A DNA stretch of 64,000 bases, from positions 1 to 64,000 of IMG/VR virus record IMGVR_UViG_3300028585_000021. One strand, written 5' to 3'. The position numbers were made by a program, and so were the translations under genes. This stretch comes from a virus. Below the pieces are notes generated by a model that saw nothing but the letters and a program-made list of their open reading frames with translations, had not been told where the DNA came from and ran no database searches. Every line of letters starts with the position of its first letter. The first letter of the stretch is position 1. Positions 37,525-45,913 of this stretch are shown here, piece after piece.

Positions 37525-37964
37525 AAGGCCTTTCCTCTGCAGTTCCGCTGACGAAGAACGCTACCGGCGACGTTCTTGCGTCAGACCCGCAGAGACACTT
37601 GAGCAAAGTAGTCGTCCACGAGCTTTACAGAATTTAGATGGCCACGCCAATCGTTCACCGGTGCCAGGAGTGGAGTGCCTGGTGACGTGGAACCTAGTTA
37701 TCATTACTCACAAATTTTATTGATCAAATAAAAATCTTTCACTTTTTGGCTCAAAAACCGCTTGCAATGGTTCTTTTGCTTAAAAAGTAGCCATATTTAA
37801 ATTAAAAATTCTATTTAAAGTTATGATATGGCTGTTTTAATTACTATAAAAATGCTAATTCAAAAGTTCCTTAAGATGTTCCAATAGAAGCTACTGCTTC
37901 GAAGATACCTTTAAATTTTTAAAAGGATTATTGAATCTACTACTCTCATGCGTATACTGACCGT

Positions 37965-38107
37965 GAGCAAAGTAGTCGTCCGCGGGATTGAAATTATATT
38001 TCGCCGGTGAGCAGAGAACTTCTTAAAAGTCTTCTGCAACAGAATGATGGGTGGAGCCAACGTTCTGTTTCACTTTGAAAAAAAGCCGCCTTCGGGCGGT
38101 TTTTTTG
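37965..38107 (+). ncRNA. Candidate sRNA of about 140 nt (antitoxin-like), divergent from the 45-aa ORF
   Basis: Near-consensus promoter TTGAAT-16-TATACT (37931-37958) and a strong terminator (GCCGCC-ttcg-GGCGG plus T8, 38078-38107). No credible ORF. Its 5-prime 23 nt repeat 37600-37622. Confidence 0.4.
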
Positions 38108-38925
38108 TATCTGCGGTAAGCATACCTAAGCAATTATCAAACTTCTTGCCCTTTTCGTCAGTCCTGTCTTTTTCTGGAGATTGCTACACAAAAGCTCAGT
38201 CAGCACGCCACCAGCAGAAGAATGCTACCACAGTTGAACGAGCGAATTGTCCCGCAAATGTAAATGCGGATAACGCCCAAAGTCTGACCCGTCAGGCAAC
38301 GATCAGCGCATCGTACCTGTATTTTCATCCAGCCAGAAAATCCAACCGATAAAGAGCCAAATTTTCCGCCTCACCCCTTCATGTTGTGTCTTGTCAAAAT
38401 CATAAATGCAGTGGTTCTTCTCGCGCAAGCCCACCAGATATAGTGTTTTGCAAAACGCACATAGATTGAAGGGAGCAAGTCAGCAACGCTGGGCCTTGCG
38501 GCCCAGAAAATTCTTTTGTAAATGTCGCAGGCCAGAAAAGTGACAAAATAGTCGAGAAGGAGGCCGTGCAAGCAATATAAGCATGGCTTGCGCAAGCAGA
38601 GGTAAAGCGTGGGGATATGACGAGTTCTTAGATATTGTGTTTCAGCAGAGCGAAGAGCATTGGTCTGCTATCAATAGTGTTTCCCTTCAGGTCTTTACAT
38701 ACCCAATTCTTTTTTAGGAACGTGATATAGCAGTCAGTGCGATTTATCCGTAACGGCTCGGCTCTACCAGCTTCCACAAAGCCTTTTGCCTTCCAGTAAC
38801 CGCGCATTTTGTCCAATTCGATCTGCTTTAAACCTAAGTTCATAAGTGAAAAATTCATAAAATTTTAGAATGTACTTATTCTTATATGAAATCGCCCACT
38901 GGTCAATTCCATACTTCTAAACTTA

Positions 38926-38945
38926 TACTGTATTTTTATACAGTT
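38926..38945. promoter_or_regulatory. LexA box upstream of umuD
   Basis: TACTGTATTTTTATACAGTT fits the CTGT-N8-ACAG consensus perfectly, 17 nt before the umuD start and overlapping a -10-like TACTGT. Confidence 0.8.
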
Positions 38946-38961
38946 AAAAGGAGGGGCTATT

Positions 38962-39402
38962 ATGCGCTTAGAAATAATTGCAATACCGGATGAAGCCGCG
39001 CCACGACAGGCTTTCAGACAATTTCTTGAGACAGTGGCAGCGGGTTTTCCGTCGCCAGCAATAGGATATGAAGACACACCTTTGGACCTGAACGAGTATT
39101 GCGTCAGGGCCAAAACAGCGACTTACTTCGTCCGCTGTGAGGGTGAGTCAATGATCGGGGCCGGTATTTTTGACGGCGATTTGCTGGTGGTGGATAAATC
39201 GAAGGCGGCGGCAGACGGGCAGATCGTGATTGCCTCAGTAGATGGGGAGTTTACGGTAAAAAAGCTGCAACTGAGGCCGGTGCCGATGCTGCTGGCCATG
39301 AATCCGCGCTATAAGCCGATCCCGATAGAACCTGATGCACTGGAAATATGGGGGGTGGTTACTTATGTGATCCACCGTACTGACAATGTTCCTGCACAGT
39401 GA
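38962..39402 (+). CDS. umuD: UmuD-like SOS mutagenesis protein (full-length, self-cleaving type)
   Basis: AAGFPSPA cleavage region, GESM (Ser nucleophile) and DGEFTVKKLQLRP (Lys) align with E. coli UmuD. Confidence 0.9.
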   Translation: MRLEIIAIPDEAAPRQAFRQFLETVAAGFPSPAIGYEDTPLDLNEYCVRAKTATYFVRCEGESMIGAGIFDGDLLVVDKSKAAADGQIVIASVDGEFTVKKLQLRPVPMLLAMNPRYKPIPIEPDALEIWGVVTYVIHRTDNVPAQ

Positions 39403-40651
39403 CGTTAATGCTTTTTACGTGTCGGCAGAGCTGGCATTCAGGCCGGACCTGTACGGGCGTCCTATCGTGGTGGCGACGAATAACGACGGCTGTATTGCGG
39501 CACTTAACCGTGAGGCGAAAAATGTGGGCCTGAAGCGGGGCGATCCGCTGTTTAAAATACGCGATACCATCCGGCGCTACGGCGTAGTGGTGTTCAGCAG
39601 CAACTACACGCTCTATGACGCATTCAGTAAGCGTTTTCATACGATAGTGGGCGAGTATGTCCCGAATCTGGAAGCGTACTCGATTGATGAGGTGTTTGGC
39701 TCACTGGACGGCATGGAGAAGCTGGTGGACTTCCAGACATTCGGGGAGGAGATCAGGCGTACTGTTATCCAGCACACCACGATGAAGTGTGGCATAGGGA
39801 TAGCGGAGACTAAGACGCTGTGTAAAGTTGCTACGCATGCAGCAAAGACCTGGCCTAAAACAGGTGGCGTGGTAGTTCTGACTGACCCGAAACGGCGCGA
39901 CAAGCTGCTATCGCTGCTCGACGTCTCTGAGACGTGGGGCGTTGGCAGAAAGATTGGTGCCAGGCTGCAGCTGATGAACATCAAAACCATGCTCGACCTT
40001 GCCCGTGCTGACACAACCATGATCCGCAAAAACTTCAACGTTATGCTGGAGCGCACCGTCCGGGAGCTGCGCGGCGAACGCTGTTTCGAGCTCGAAGAGA
40101 ATCCGCCGACTAAACAGCAGATCGTGGTAAGCCGTTCGTTCGGCAAACGCCTCACCAGCTTGGATGAAGTAAGTAACGCGGTCTGCTTCTTTGCCACCAG
40201 CGCCGGTGAAAAGCTGCGGCGTGAAAAGCAGTACTGCCGGAATATCACCGTATTCATTCAGACCAGCAAACACGATCCGCGCCGCCCGTATTACTCACGC
40301 GGTGCCAGCCATTCGTTTACGACGGCCACACAGGACTCACGCGATCTGATTGATGCTGCCGTGCGCGGCCTCAGAGCTATCTGGCGTGACGGCTATGAAT
40401 ATGCGAAGGCCGGGGTGATGCTGGGAGAGTTTTGCGGTTCAGAGCAGCAGCTGAATCTGTTTGACGAGTCACCGCCGCGCCCTGGCAGCGATAAGTTGAT
40501 GGCCGTGATGGATAAGCTGAACAGTTACCAGCGTGGCACGCTGTTTATTGCCGGTCAGGGCGTTAACCCGGCCTATCAGATGAAGCGGGAAATGTTATCT
40601 CCGCGTTATTTGACCCGTTGGGAAGAGTTACCCGTCGTAAAGATGAAGTAA
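39386..40651 (+). CDS. umuC: UmuC-like Y-family DNA polymerase (Pol V catalytic subunit)
   Basis: MFLHSDVNAFYVSAELAFRPDLYGRPIVV..NNDGC matches the UmuC N-terminus. 421 aa, overlapping the end of umuD. Confidence 0.9.
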   Translation: MFLHSDVNAFYVSAELAFRPDLYGRPIVVATNNDGCIAALNREAKNVGLKRGDPLFKIRDTIRRYGVVVFSSNYTLYDAFSKRFHTIVGEYVPNLEAYSIDEVFGSLDGMEKLVDFQTFGEEIRRTVIQHTTMKCGIGIAETKTLCKVATHAAKTWPKTGGVVVLTDPKRRDKLLSLLDVSETWGVGRKIGARLQLMNIKTMLDLARADTTMIRKNFNVMLERTVRELRGERCFELEENPPTKQQIVVSRSFGKRLTSLDEVSNAVCFFATSAGEKLRREKQYCRNITVFIQTSKHDPRRPYYSRGASHSFTTATQDSRDLIDAAVRGLRAIWRDGYEYAKAGVMLGEFCGSEQQLNLFDESPPRPGSDKLMAVMDKLNSYQRGTLFIAGQGVNPAYQMKREMLSPRYLTRWEELPVVKMK

Positions 40652-40835
40652 TTTGTGATAAGTACATAATTAACATGAATTTAGGTTAAGTATAATTGCA
40701 GGATAGTTAGTGCCACTAATTTTAGCAGGTGAGCTGATTACTTGTTGATCAACCCTTAGAGTGTGCATAAAATCAGAAAAAACCGAAAACGCACAAATGA
40801 ATGAAATGCGTTAACTTTTCCTGGCTTGGAGTTGT

Positions 40836-40988
40836 ATGGATATGACTGACATAGCAAACTTTGCTTTTGACTTAATGGTGCTTTTCTTTGCTTTTCTGGC
40901 ACTGGTGTCTGTAGTGACTTTGTGCGGATTGCCCGCAATTTTCCGAGCATTTGACGCCTACATAGCAAAATTAAACTCGCTCAACTGA
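40836..40988 (+). CDS. Small hydrophobic membrane peptide (50 aa)
   Basis: Not in the track. GGAG Shine-Dalgarno before the ATG. MDMTDIANFAFDLMVLFFAFLALVSVVTLCGLPAIFRAFDAYIAKLNSLN. A perfect 10-bp-stem hairpin follows at 41033-41064. Confidence 0.4.
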   Translation: MDMTDIANFAFDLMVLFFAFLALVSVVTLCGLPAIFRAFDAYIAKLNSLN

Positions 40989-41159
40989 ACTGAAGATATA
41001 CCCCCCGCATTAAATTCATTTTCTCCCCTGATGATCAGCTGGTTGCACCTAAAGCCAGCTGATCTCAGTTATGCCTGAAAATAAAGATTAAGATTAAATT
41101 TAAAAAAAATTTAGAATGTCATAAACTGAAATCCGAAATTAACCACTGGATTACAGAGT

Positions 41160-41336
41160 ATGCAAGGTACTGCCAAACCCCTTAATCTAAGCCAGCCGTT
41201 CCTCATCAGTGCTTTAATCGCTGAAATCGCAAGACTTCACCCAAGAGCCAGCCTTAGTAATGCCCAGTTCAGCGCCATTGTCGAAGCTGCTAATCATGTA
41301 GTTATTGCCTTTAGCCGTGATAGTGGTGATGCCTGA
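41160..41336 (+). CDS. Small hypothetical protein (58 aa), first gene of an early operon
   Basis: Not in the track. Its stop overlaps the next ATG (TGATG). The ATG lies 10 nt after a CCACTGG element. Confidence 0.4.
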   Translation: MQGTAKPLNLSQPFLISALIAEIARLHPRASLSNAQFSAIVEAANHVVIAFSRDSGDA

Positions 41337-41980
41337 TGACTGATCGCTTTTACATGATCTGTACCAGGGATACGGTAGGCAGTAATGCCTCTTTCTGGTG
41401 CCAGAACGGTCACGGTTACAACACCAGCCTCGATAAAGCACACATCTATACCCTGGCAGAAGCACAAAGCCGCTGGAATACGGGCCGGAATATCGATCAG
41501 CCTGTTTGTGCTGACCGTGTTGATGCGCTGGCCGTCTTTCACGTTGACCACCAGCACGTACCCGGTGAATCGGTAATTGAACCGGGTTGCAGTCAATATG
41601 TGGCCTTTCAGAAAGGGCGCTGGGACGGCAATGACCTGTATTGGCTGCTCAATAGCGACCTGCCGACGACAGACTTCACAAATGCGACCATCTTCGATAA
41701 GCCTGGCGACACGGCTGATCTGGTCTGGCTACCATTTACCACCGCTGACGCGGTAAAGCGCCGCACGTTCCCTATAGCGATGCTCGATCATCGCCGCATG
41801 GTGCAGGGCGCAGGGTTACGAGTACCTGCACATATCCAGCGCGCACGCCGCCGCAAGCCAGGCACGGGTAAGACCCGCTTCAACTGCCCGAATTGCGGCC
41901 GCATCCACTGGCAATTAAATCCCTATGACTTTGAAGGCTGCGCTGACTGGCAGTGTGAAGGGGCGCGGAAGCATGGATAA
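41336..41980 (+). CDS. Hypothetical protein with an internally duplicated domain and a C-terminal zinc ribbon
   Basis: 214 aa with two similar halves (FW..NGHGY.. and LYWLL..) and CPNCGRIHW...CADWQC. Confidence 0.55.
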   Translation: MTDRFYMICTRDTVGSNASFWCQNGHGYNTSLDKAHIYTLAEAQSRWNTGRNIDQPVCADRVDALAVFHVDHQHVPGESVIEPGCSQYVAFQKGRWDGNDLYWLLNSDLPTTDFTNATIFDKPGDTADLVWLPFTTADAVKRRTFPIAMLDHRRMVQGAGLRVPAHIQRARRRKPGTGKTRFNCPNCGRIHWQLNPYDFEGCADWQCEGARKHG

Positions 41981-42452
41981 GGCAGTATTAGACATGTGTT
42001 GTGGCCCACGCATGATGTGGTTCGATAAAGCCGATCCCCGCGTGCTGTATTCCGACATTCGGGAAGAGACCCACCAGCTACCTGATCGGGAGCTGGTTAT
42101 CAGCCCTGACGTAATTGCCGACTTCCGATCGCTGCCTTTCCCGGATAACTCTTTTTATGTGATTGCCTTTGATCCACCGCACCTGGAGCGGGCAGGCGAG
42201 AAGGGCTGGCAGCGCCTTAAATACGGGGTGCTTAATCGCGGGACATGGCGCGATGATCTGCGCGCTGGTTTTACTGAAGCCTTCCGCGTACTGCGCCCGA
42301 ACGGCCTGCTGATTTTTAAATGGAATGAAACGCAGATCCGGGCGCGGGACATTCTGGCGCTGACTGACCAGAAACCCCTGTTTGGCCACATCAGTGGGAA
42401 GCGTGGCTTAACGCACTGGTTTACCTTTATCAAAGACGGAGAGCAGCAATGA
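41973..42452 (+). CDS. Small SAM-dependent (probably DNA N6/N4) methyltransferase
   Basis: Start at the internal ATG overlapping the upstream stop. Motif I-like VLDMCCG and motif IV DPPH. 159 aa. Confidence 0.6.
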   Translation: MDKAVLDMCCGPRMMWFDKADPRVLYSDIREETHQLPDRELVISPDVIADFRSLPFPDNSFYVIAFDPPHLERAGEKGWQRLKYGVLNRGTWRDDLRAGFTEAFRVLRPNGLLIFKWNETQIRARDILALTDQKPLFGHISGKRGLTHWFTFIKDGEQQ

Positions 42453-42802
42453 ACCTGCGCAAATTCTTCCGGCTTAAAGCGCCATGCGCTAACTGCCCGT
42501 TCTTAAAAGCTGGTGGCATCGAGCTGAACCCCGGACGCCTGGAGGGCATTAAATCGCACCTGCTGCGTGACGATTATTCCTCCTTCTACTGCCACAAAAC
42601 TACGCATCTGACAGGCGGAGAAGAGGATGAAGACGGGGAGGGTTACAACCCTTCCGGCAGAGAGGCACATTGTGCCGGCGCAGTAGCGTTTTTACTTTCC
42701 CGCGGCCGTAGCAATATCGCTATGCGCCTGGCCTTTATTGAAGGGCTGATTACACCGGCTGACTTTGCACCTGCGATCAATGTGATCGCCACCGATGACT
42801 GA
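42449..42802 (+). CDS. Hypothetical Cys-rich protein
   Basis: 117 aa with CANCPF...FYCHKTTH...HCAG, suggesting metal binding. Coupled to the methyltransferase gene (ATGA overlap). Confidence 0.5.
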   Translation: MNLRKFFRLKAPCANCPFLKAGGIELNPGRLEGIKSHLLRDDYSSFYCHKTTHLTGGEEDEDGEGYNPSGREAHCAGAVAFLLSRGRSNIAMRLAFIEGLITPADFAPAINVIATDD

Positions 42803-42813
42803 GGACTACCGCC

Positions 42814-43113
42814 ATGATTAACGATCGCGTCACTGACAAAGAGCTGGAAATGTTCGCCGCTGAACCGCAGAACAACCTGGCGTTTGCGCCTAATCATGCG
42901 CTGGCGCAGAAAATGGCCATAGAGCTGCTGGCGTTTCGTCGCACCGGTTCGGAGCTGGTGGAGGTGGCAAGGGCTGGGCTGGATTATATCAACGCAATAC
43001 CGGCTGATATCGCTGATGGGTTTGACACAATGCCGGGTTTTAGTCGTGATTGGGCTGAGGAAACAATAAGTGAAGTGAGGCAGTTGGTGCTGACCGGCGA
43101 ACCGCGAGAATAG
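42814..43113 (+). CDS. Hypothetical protein
   Basis: 99-aa ORF, last in the operon. Confidence 0.5.
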   Translation: MINDRVTDKELEMFAAEPQNNLAFAPNHALAQKMAIELLAFRRTGSELVEVARAGLDYINAIPADIADGFDTMPGFSRDWAEETISEVRQLVLTGEPRE

Positions 43114-43167
43114 TTACCGCTGGTGTGCGCGATCACATGGTGCGCCACCAGCGACAGGAAAGTAATT

Positions 43168-43725
43168 TCAGGCGTGAGCAGCGCGGCGACGTTCGATCAG
43201 CCGGGTAGCGATAGACTCCACTTCTGCAAAGTCTTTTGAGGCGCTGGCTCTTAGCGCCAGATTCCACTTACTGAGTGTGCGGGCGTTAGCGGCCAGTTCA
43301 CTGCCTGCCTTAAGTCGCCCGTTCTCTGCCAGCCATTGTGCAACGTCAGCCCAATCCCAAAGCGGTGACTGGCCTTTAATGCGCTGAATAGGGCAAGGAA
43401 AATCACCGTTACCGCGTGTGCCGTCTTTCAGCATAGCGATGGCCTGGCGGGACATTTCAGAGAGATCTGCAATGTCACTTAACCCAACTAATGCAGAATC
43501 CACAGACGTTACTGTAGCGCCAATACCGGCAGACTCTACGTTATCAATTGCTGACGCAATGGCATCGTCCAGCGAGTCCGCTTCACGATCAAATTCCAGA
43601 TAAACAGAACGGCCATATGCGCAGATCAGCGCATCATCACAGCCGCTTTCAAACAGCGCATCTTCCAGTCCTTCGGTCTCATACGTTACGCCTGAGAGTG
43701 TCAGAGTGAAGTTATAAAGCGCCAT
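43168..43725 (-). CDS. Putative antitoxin / DNA-binding protein (HicB-like N-terminal fold plus C-terminal HTH)
   Basis: 185 aa downstream of a 75-aa HicA-like ORF. The C-terminal segment (SEMSRQAIAMLKDG...WDWADVAQWLAENG) looks like an HTH. Confidence 0.35.
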   Translation of the reverse strand: MALYNFTLTLSGVTYETEGLEDALFESGCDDALICAYGRSVYLEFDREADSLDDAIASAIDNVESAGIGATVTSVDSALVGLSDIADLSEMSRQAIAMLKDGTRGNGDFPCPIQRIKGQSPLWDWADVAQWLAENGRLKAGSELAANARTLSKWNLALRASASKDFAEVESIATRLIERRRAAHA

Positions 43726-43796
43726 AGTACCTCTTCTTTTTCGTTAGTTTTGTGACTCGGTAAAGAGTGGTTTTAACCACCCTTTACCGCGCAAAA

Positions 43797-44024
43797 TTAA
43801 GTGCAGCTTTTTACCTTGCTCTCAATCCGCTTGGCGTGGTTCTCCGGACTTTTCGGAGTTGACCACACACTCATATAGTGATCTCGGTGTTCACTTCCTG
43901 GATTACCACAACGCAGCTTGCAAAAGCAGTGGGCTGAATCGCCCGGTGGAACCCAAACCCAGCCGTTTTCTAAAGCAAGTTCAATGGCCGCTTGAATATG
44001 CTTGTTCGGATGTCTCTTTTTCAT
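43797..44024 (-). CDS. Small basic protein, HicA-like toxin candidate
   Basis: 75 aa. ALENGWVWVPPGDSAHCF resembles the HicA GW....GSHH core. An autoregulation-type palindromic promoter lies upstream. Confidence 0.35.
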   Translation of the reverse strand: MKKRHPNKHIQAAIELALENGWVWVPPGDSAHCFCKLRCGNPGSEHRDHYMSVWSTPKSPENHAKRIESKVKSCT

Positions 44025-44056
44025 TCGCCTCCGAGTAATACTATTCTATTCTTTGT

Positions 44057-44072
44057 GTTGACATCCGTCAAC
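44057..44072. promoter_or_regulatory. Palindromic operator GTTGAC-N4-GTCAAC overlapping the -35 of a strong minus-strand promoter
   Basis: Minus strand reads TTGACG-17-TAGAAT, followed by a GGAGG Shine-Dalgarno and the 75-aa ORF. Confidence 0.55.
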
Positions 44073-44166
44073 GGCGATTAAAATTCATCCGTTGATGCCC
44101 GCACCCCTAACTACCTAATCACGTACTGTCTACGGCCAGCCCGGACTAAACATAAGATAATCTATT

Positions 44167-44204
44167 TTGCTTGTATTGACAAGCAAAAATCCTGTCTGTA
44201 TATT
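44167..44204 (+). promoter_or_regulatory. Near-consensus sigma70 promoter with a perfect 8-4-8 palindromic operator
   Basis: TTGACA (44176) -17 nt- TATATT (44199). TTGCTTGT-attg-ACAAGCAA (44167-44186) covers the -35. Confidence 0.65.
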
Positions 44205-44267
44205 GCACCTCATGGCGCTGCTTTAGCGTCACCGCCCTGGCGGCTCCAGGCACTAAGGAATAATTTC

Positions 44268-44948
44268 ATGTCTATCTCTTCAATGACCGCTACCGCTGCT
44301 ATCCAGCACATGTCTTACACCCTCACTGGCCTGATCGAGCAGAGCAATAAGCCTGGTTTTGTCTCAGCTGAAGCCTATGCGGATATCAAAACCAATTACG
44401 AGCTGATTGCCACCAGCTGCACCGACCTGGCGACCGTTGTCTGGCTGCGTAACCACCTCTGCTTTGGCTACATTGGCGATGAATACACCTTTGAAGAGAT
44501 CAACCTGGGCTACCTTGACCACTTCAACTTCATCCTTAAATCAGGCTGGCGTCCAGGCACCGCACCAGCGCACAAGATGACGCTTAACAACATGTTTGAG
44601 CTGGCCTGGTGGGAACCTCAACAGATCGCGGTGACAGCGCACACTGCGGATACCGTTACCGGCACAGCCACCATGACAGATACCGAAGGCGAATATCAGA
44701 TAGCCTTTGAATGGCAGATGCAGATGGGGGAAAAGGCAGAGCAATATAACCTGCCATTCATGGTAAACATTACGACAGCGCGGTTTACGCTGCCATATGA
44801 GTTCTCACTGTATGAGTGCGATGGAAGCCCGCTCGATGCGCTGGAAGCCATTCAGGAAATGGATTGCGCCCTGGGATTCTGCATCGAGTTTTTCACCGAT
44901 GTTTACGACAAATATGCCCCGGCAGAAGGGGCAGTTAACCGAGGCTAA
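44268..44948 (+). CDS. Hypothetical acidic protein
   Basis: 226-aa ORF with an AAGGAA Shine-Dalgarno, first gene after the strong promoter. Confidence 0.55.
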   Translation: MSISSMTATAAIQHMSYTLTGLIEQSNKPGFVSAEAYADIKTNYELIATSCTDLATVVWLRNHLCFGYIGDEYTFEEINLGYLDHFNFILKSGWRPGTAPAHKMTLNNMFELAWWEPQQIAVTAHTADTVTGTATMTDTEGEYQIAFEWQMQMGEKAEQYNLPFMVNITTARFTLPYEFSLYECDGSPLDALEAIQEMDCALGFCIEFFTDVYDKYAPAEGAVNRG

Positions 44949-44950
44949 TT

Positions 44951-45175
44951 ATGACCGATAAAGCACGCGATCCACGGGCTTTAAACTCAGTTAAACGAGC
45001 CGCCCCTGCGACGGCTCAGATTCAGATGCGCGTTGTTCCTGAAGTTAAAAACCGCTATGTCGTGCAGGCACGGCGGGAAGGGATGAAGCTGTCAGAGTGG
45101 ATTCAGCATCACCTTGATGCGGTTTGCCAGTCGGCAGTTGACGCAAAGCTACAGGATAAGAACACCAGTGATTAA
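44951..45175 (+). CDS. Ribbon-helix-helix (CopG/Arc-like) DNA-binding protein
   Basis: 74 aa. The pattern IQMRVVPEVKNRYVVQARREGMKLSEWIQHHL is strand-helix-helix. Confidence 0.55.
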   Translation: MTDKARDPRALNSVKRAAPATAQIQMRVVPEVKNRYVVQARREGMKLSEWIQHHLDAVCQSAVDAKLQDKNTSD

Positions 45176-45476
45176 ACAGGAAATCAGGGCGCTGTTTCTG
45201 GCGCACGGCTTCAAAATGCAGCAGCAGCCTGATGGAAGTACAGATTTAGATCCCGCTTGCTACAGCGTCGCTCAGGCGCTTGCAGAGCGATTCAGTGATA
45301 TTTACGGGCAACCGGCAGGGATTGTTGAGATCGCCGCTGGTGGTGGCGCAGAGGGGCGCACGGTGGCGCTGTTTCACGATAAGGCGGCAAGCATTGAGTT
45401 TCCGACCTATATCATGCGCAAGCCGTCGAAAACCTCCGCGCTGGCCACCAGCAAAAATCCGGTATCCGGGCGCTGA
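45168..45476 (+). CDS. Hypothetical protein
   Basis: GTG start with an AGGA Shine-Dalgarno, overlapping the upstream stop. 102 aa. The longer track ORF would overlap the RHH gene by 60 nt. Confidence 0.45.
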   Translation: MIKQEIRALFLAHGFKMQQQPDGSTDLDPACYSVAQALAERFSDIYGQPAGIVEIAAGGGAEGRTVALFHDKAASIEFPTYIMRKPSKTSALATSKNPVSGR

Positions 45477-45838
45477 TGGACGACCGGCTAAGTCAGTACG
45501 GCTGGATCTCTTTTGAGGGCTGGCCGGACAGTGAAGTTCACGACTATCTCACGACGAAATGCGGCATCATCCACGCCCGCAAGTTACCCGATGGCAGCTG
45601 GACCGGCCTTCTGCGCCTTCTGTATACGCTCAGCGTCTGCATGGGGATCACGCCAACGGACGTGTATCAGTATCGCTGGTGCTTCGAAGACCCGGAAGAG
45701 GCGGTGTATCTGTACAAAAATGCCGTGGAAGTAGACGAGATACCGGAGCGCCGGGAGTCGCTGGTTGGCCACCGGCACACTACCGGCATGCCGCTTTACG
45801 TTGAGTTTGATCAGCTGGGCCTGCCAAAATGGCGTTAA
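45476..45838 (+). CDS. Hypothetical protein
   Basis: 120-aa ORF with an ATGA-type overlap with the upstream gene. Confidence 0.5.
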   Translation: MDDRLSQYGWISFEGWPDSEVHDYLTTKCGIIHARKLPDGSWTGLLRLLYTLSVCMGITPTDVYQYRWCFEDPEEAVYLYKNAVEVDEIPERRESLVGHRHTTGMPLYVEFDQLGLPKWR

Positions 45839-45913
45839 CACCTCTCACTGACTGGCCACCAGCTATCCGGCTGGTGGCCGGTTAACAATTCAAGCAAATC
45901 AGAACGGCAGAAA

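Noticed and set aside
37738-37750. Exact 13-mer TTTCACTTTTTGG shared between 37738-37750 and 55733-55745 (beside the lox-like site), considered as a second lox or pseudo-lox
   Set aside because: Exact 13-mers are expected tens of times by chance in 64 kb, and more often in AT-rich DNA. The 37.7-kb copy also lacks the inverted 13-bp arm structure.
38044-38352. 102-aa plus-strand ORF, and the 74-aa (38371-38595) and 76-aa (38628-38858) minus-strand ORFs, in the region between the sRNA candidate and umuD
   Set aside because: The 102-aa ORF reads straight through a strong rho-independent terminator and has no Shine-Dalgarno. The 74-aa ORF is Cys/Trp/Arg-rich with no ribosome-binding site. The 76-aa ORF is the most gene-like of the three but also lacks a Shine-Dalgarno, so none is called.
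40756-40968. 70-aa minus-strand ORF downstream of umuC
   Set aside because: It has no ribosome-binding site and odd composition. It lies antisense to a better-supported 50-aa plus-strand ORF with a GGAG Shine-Dalgarno and a clean TM helix.
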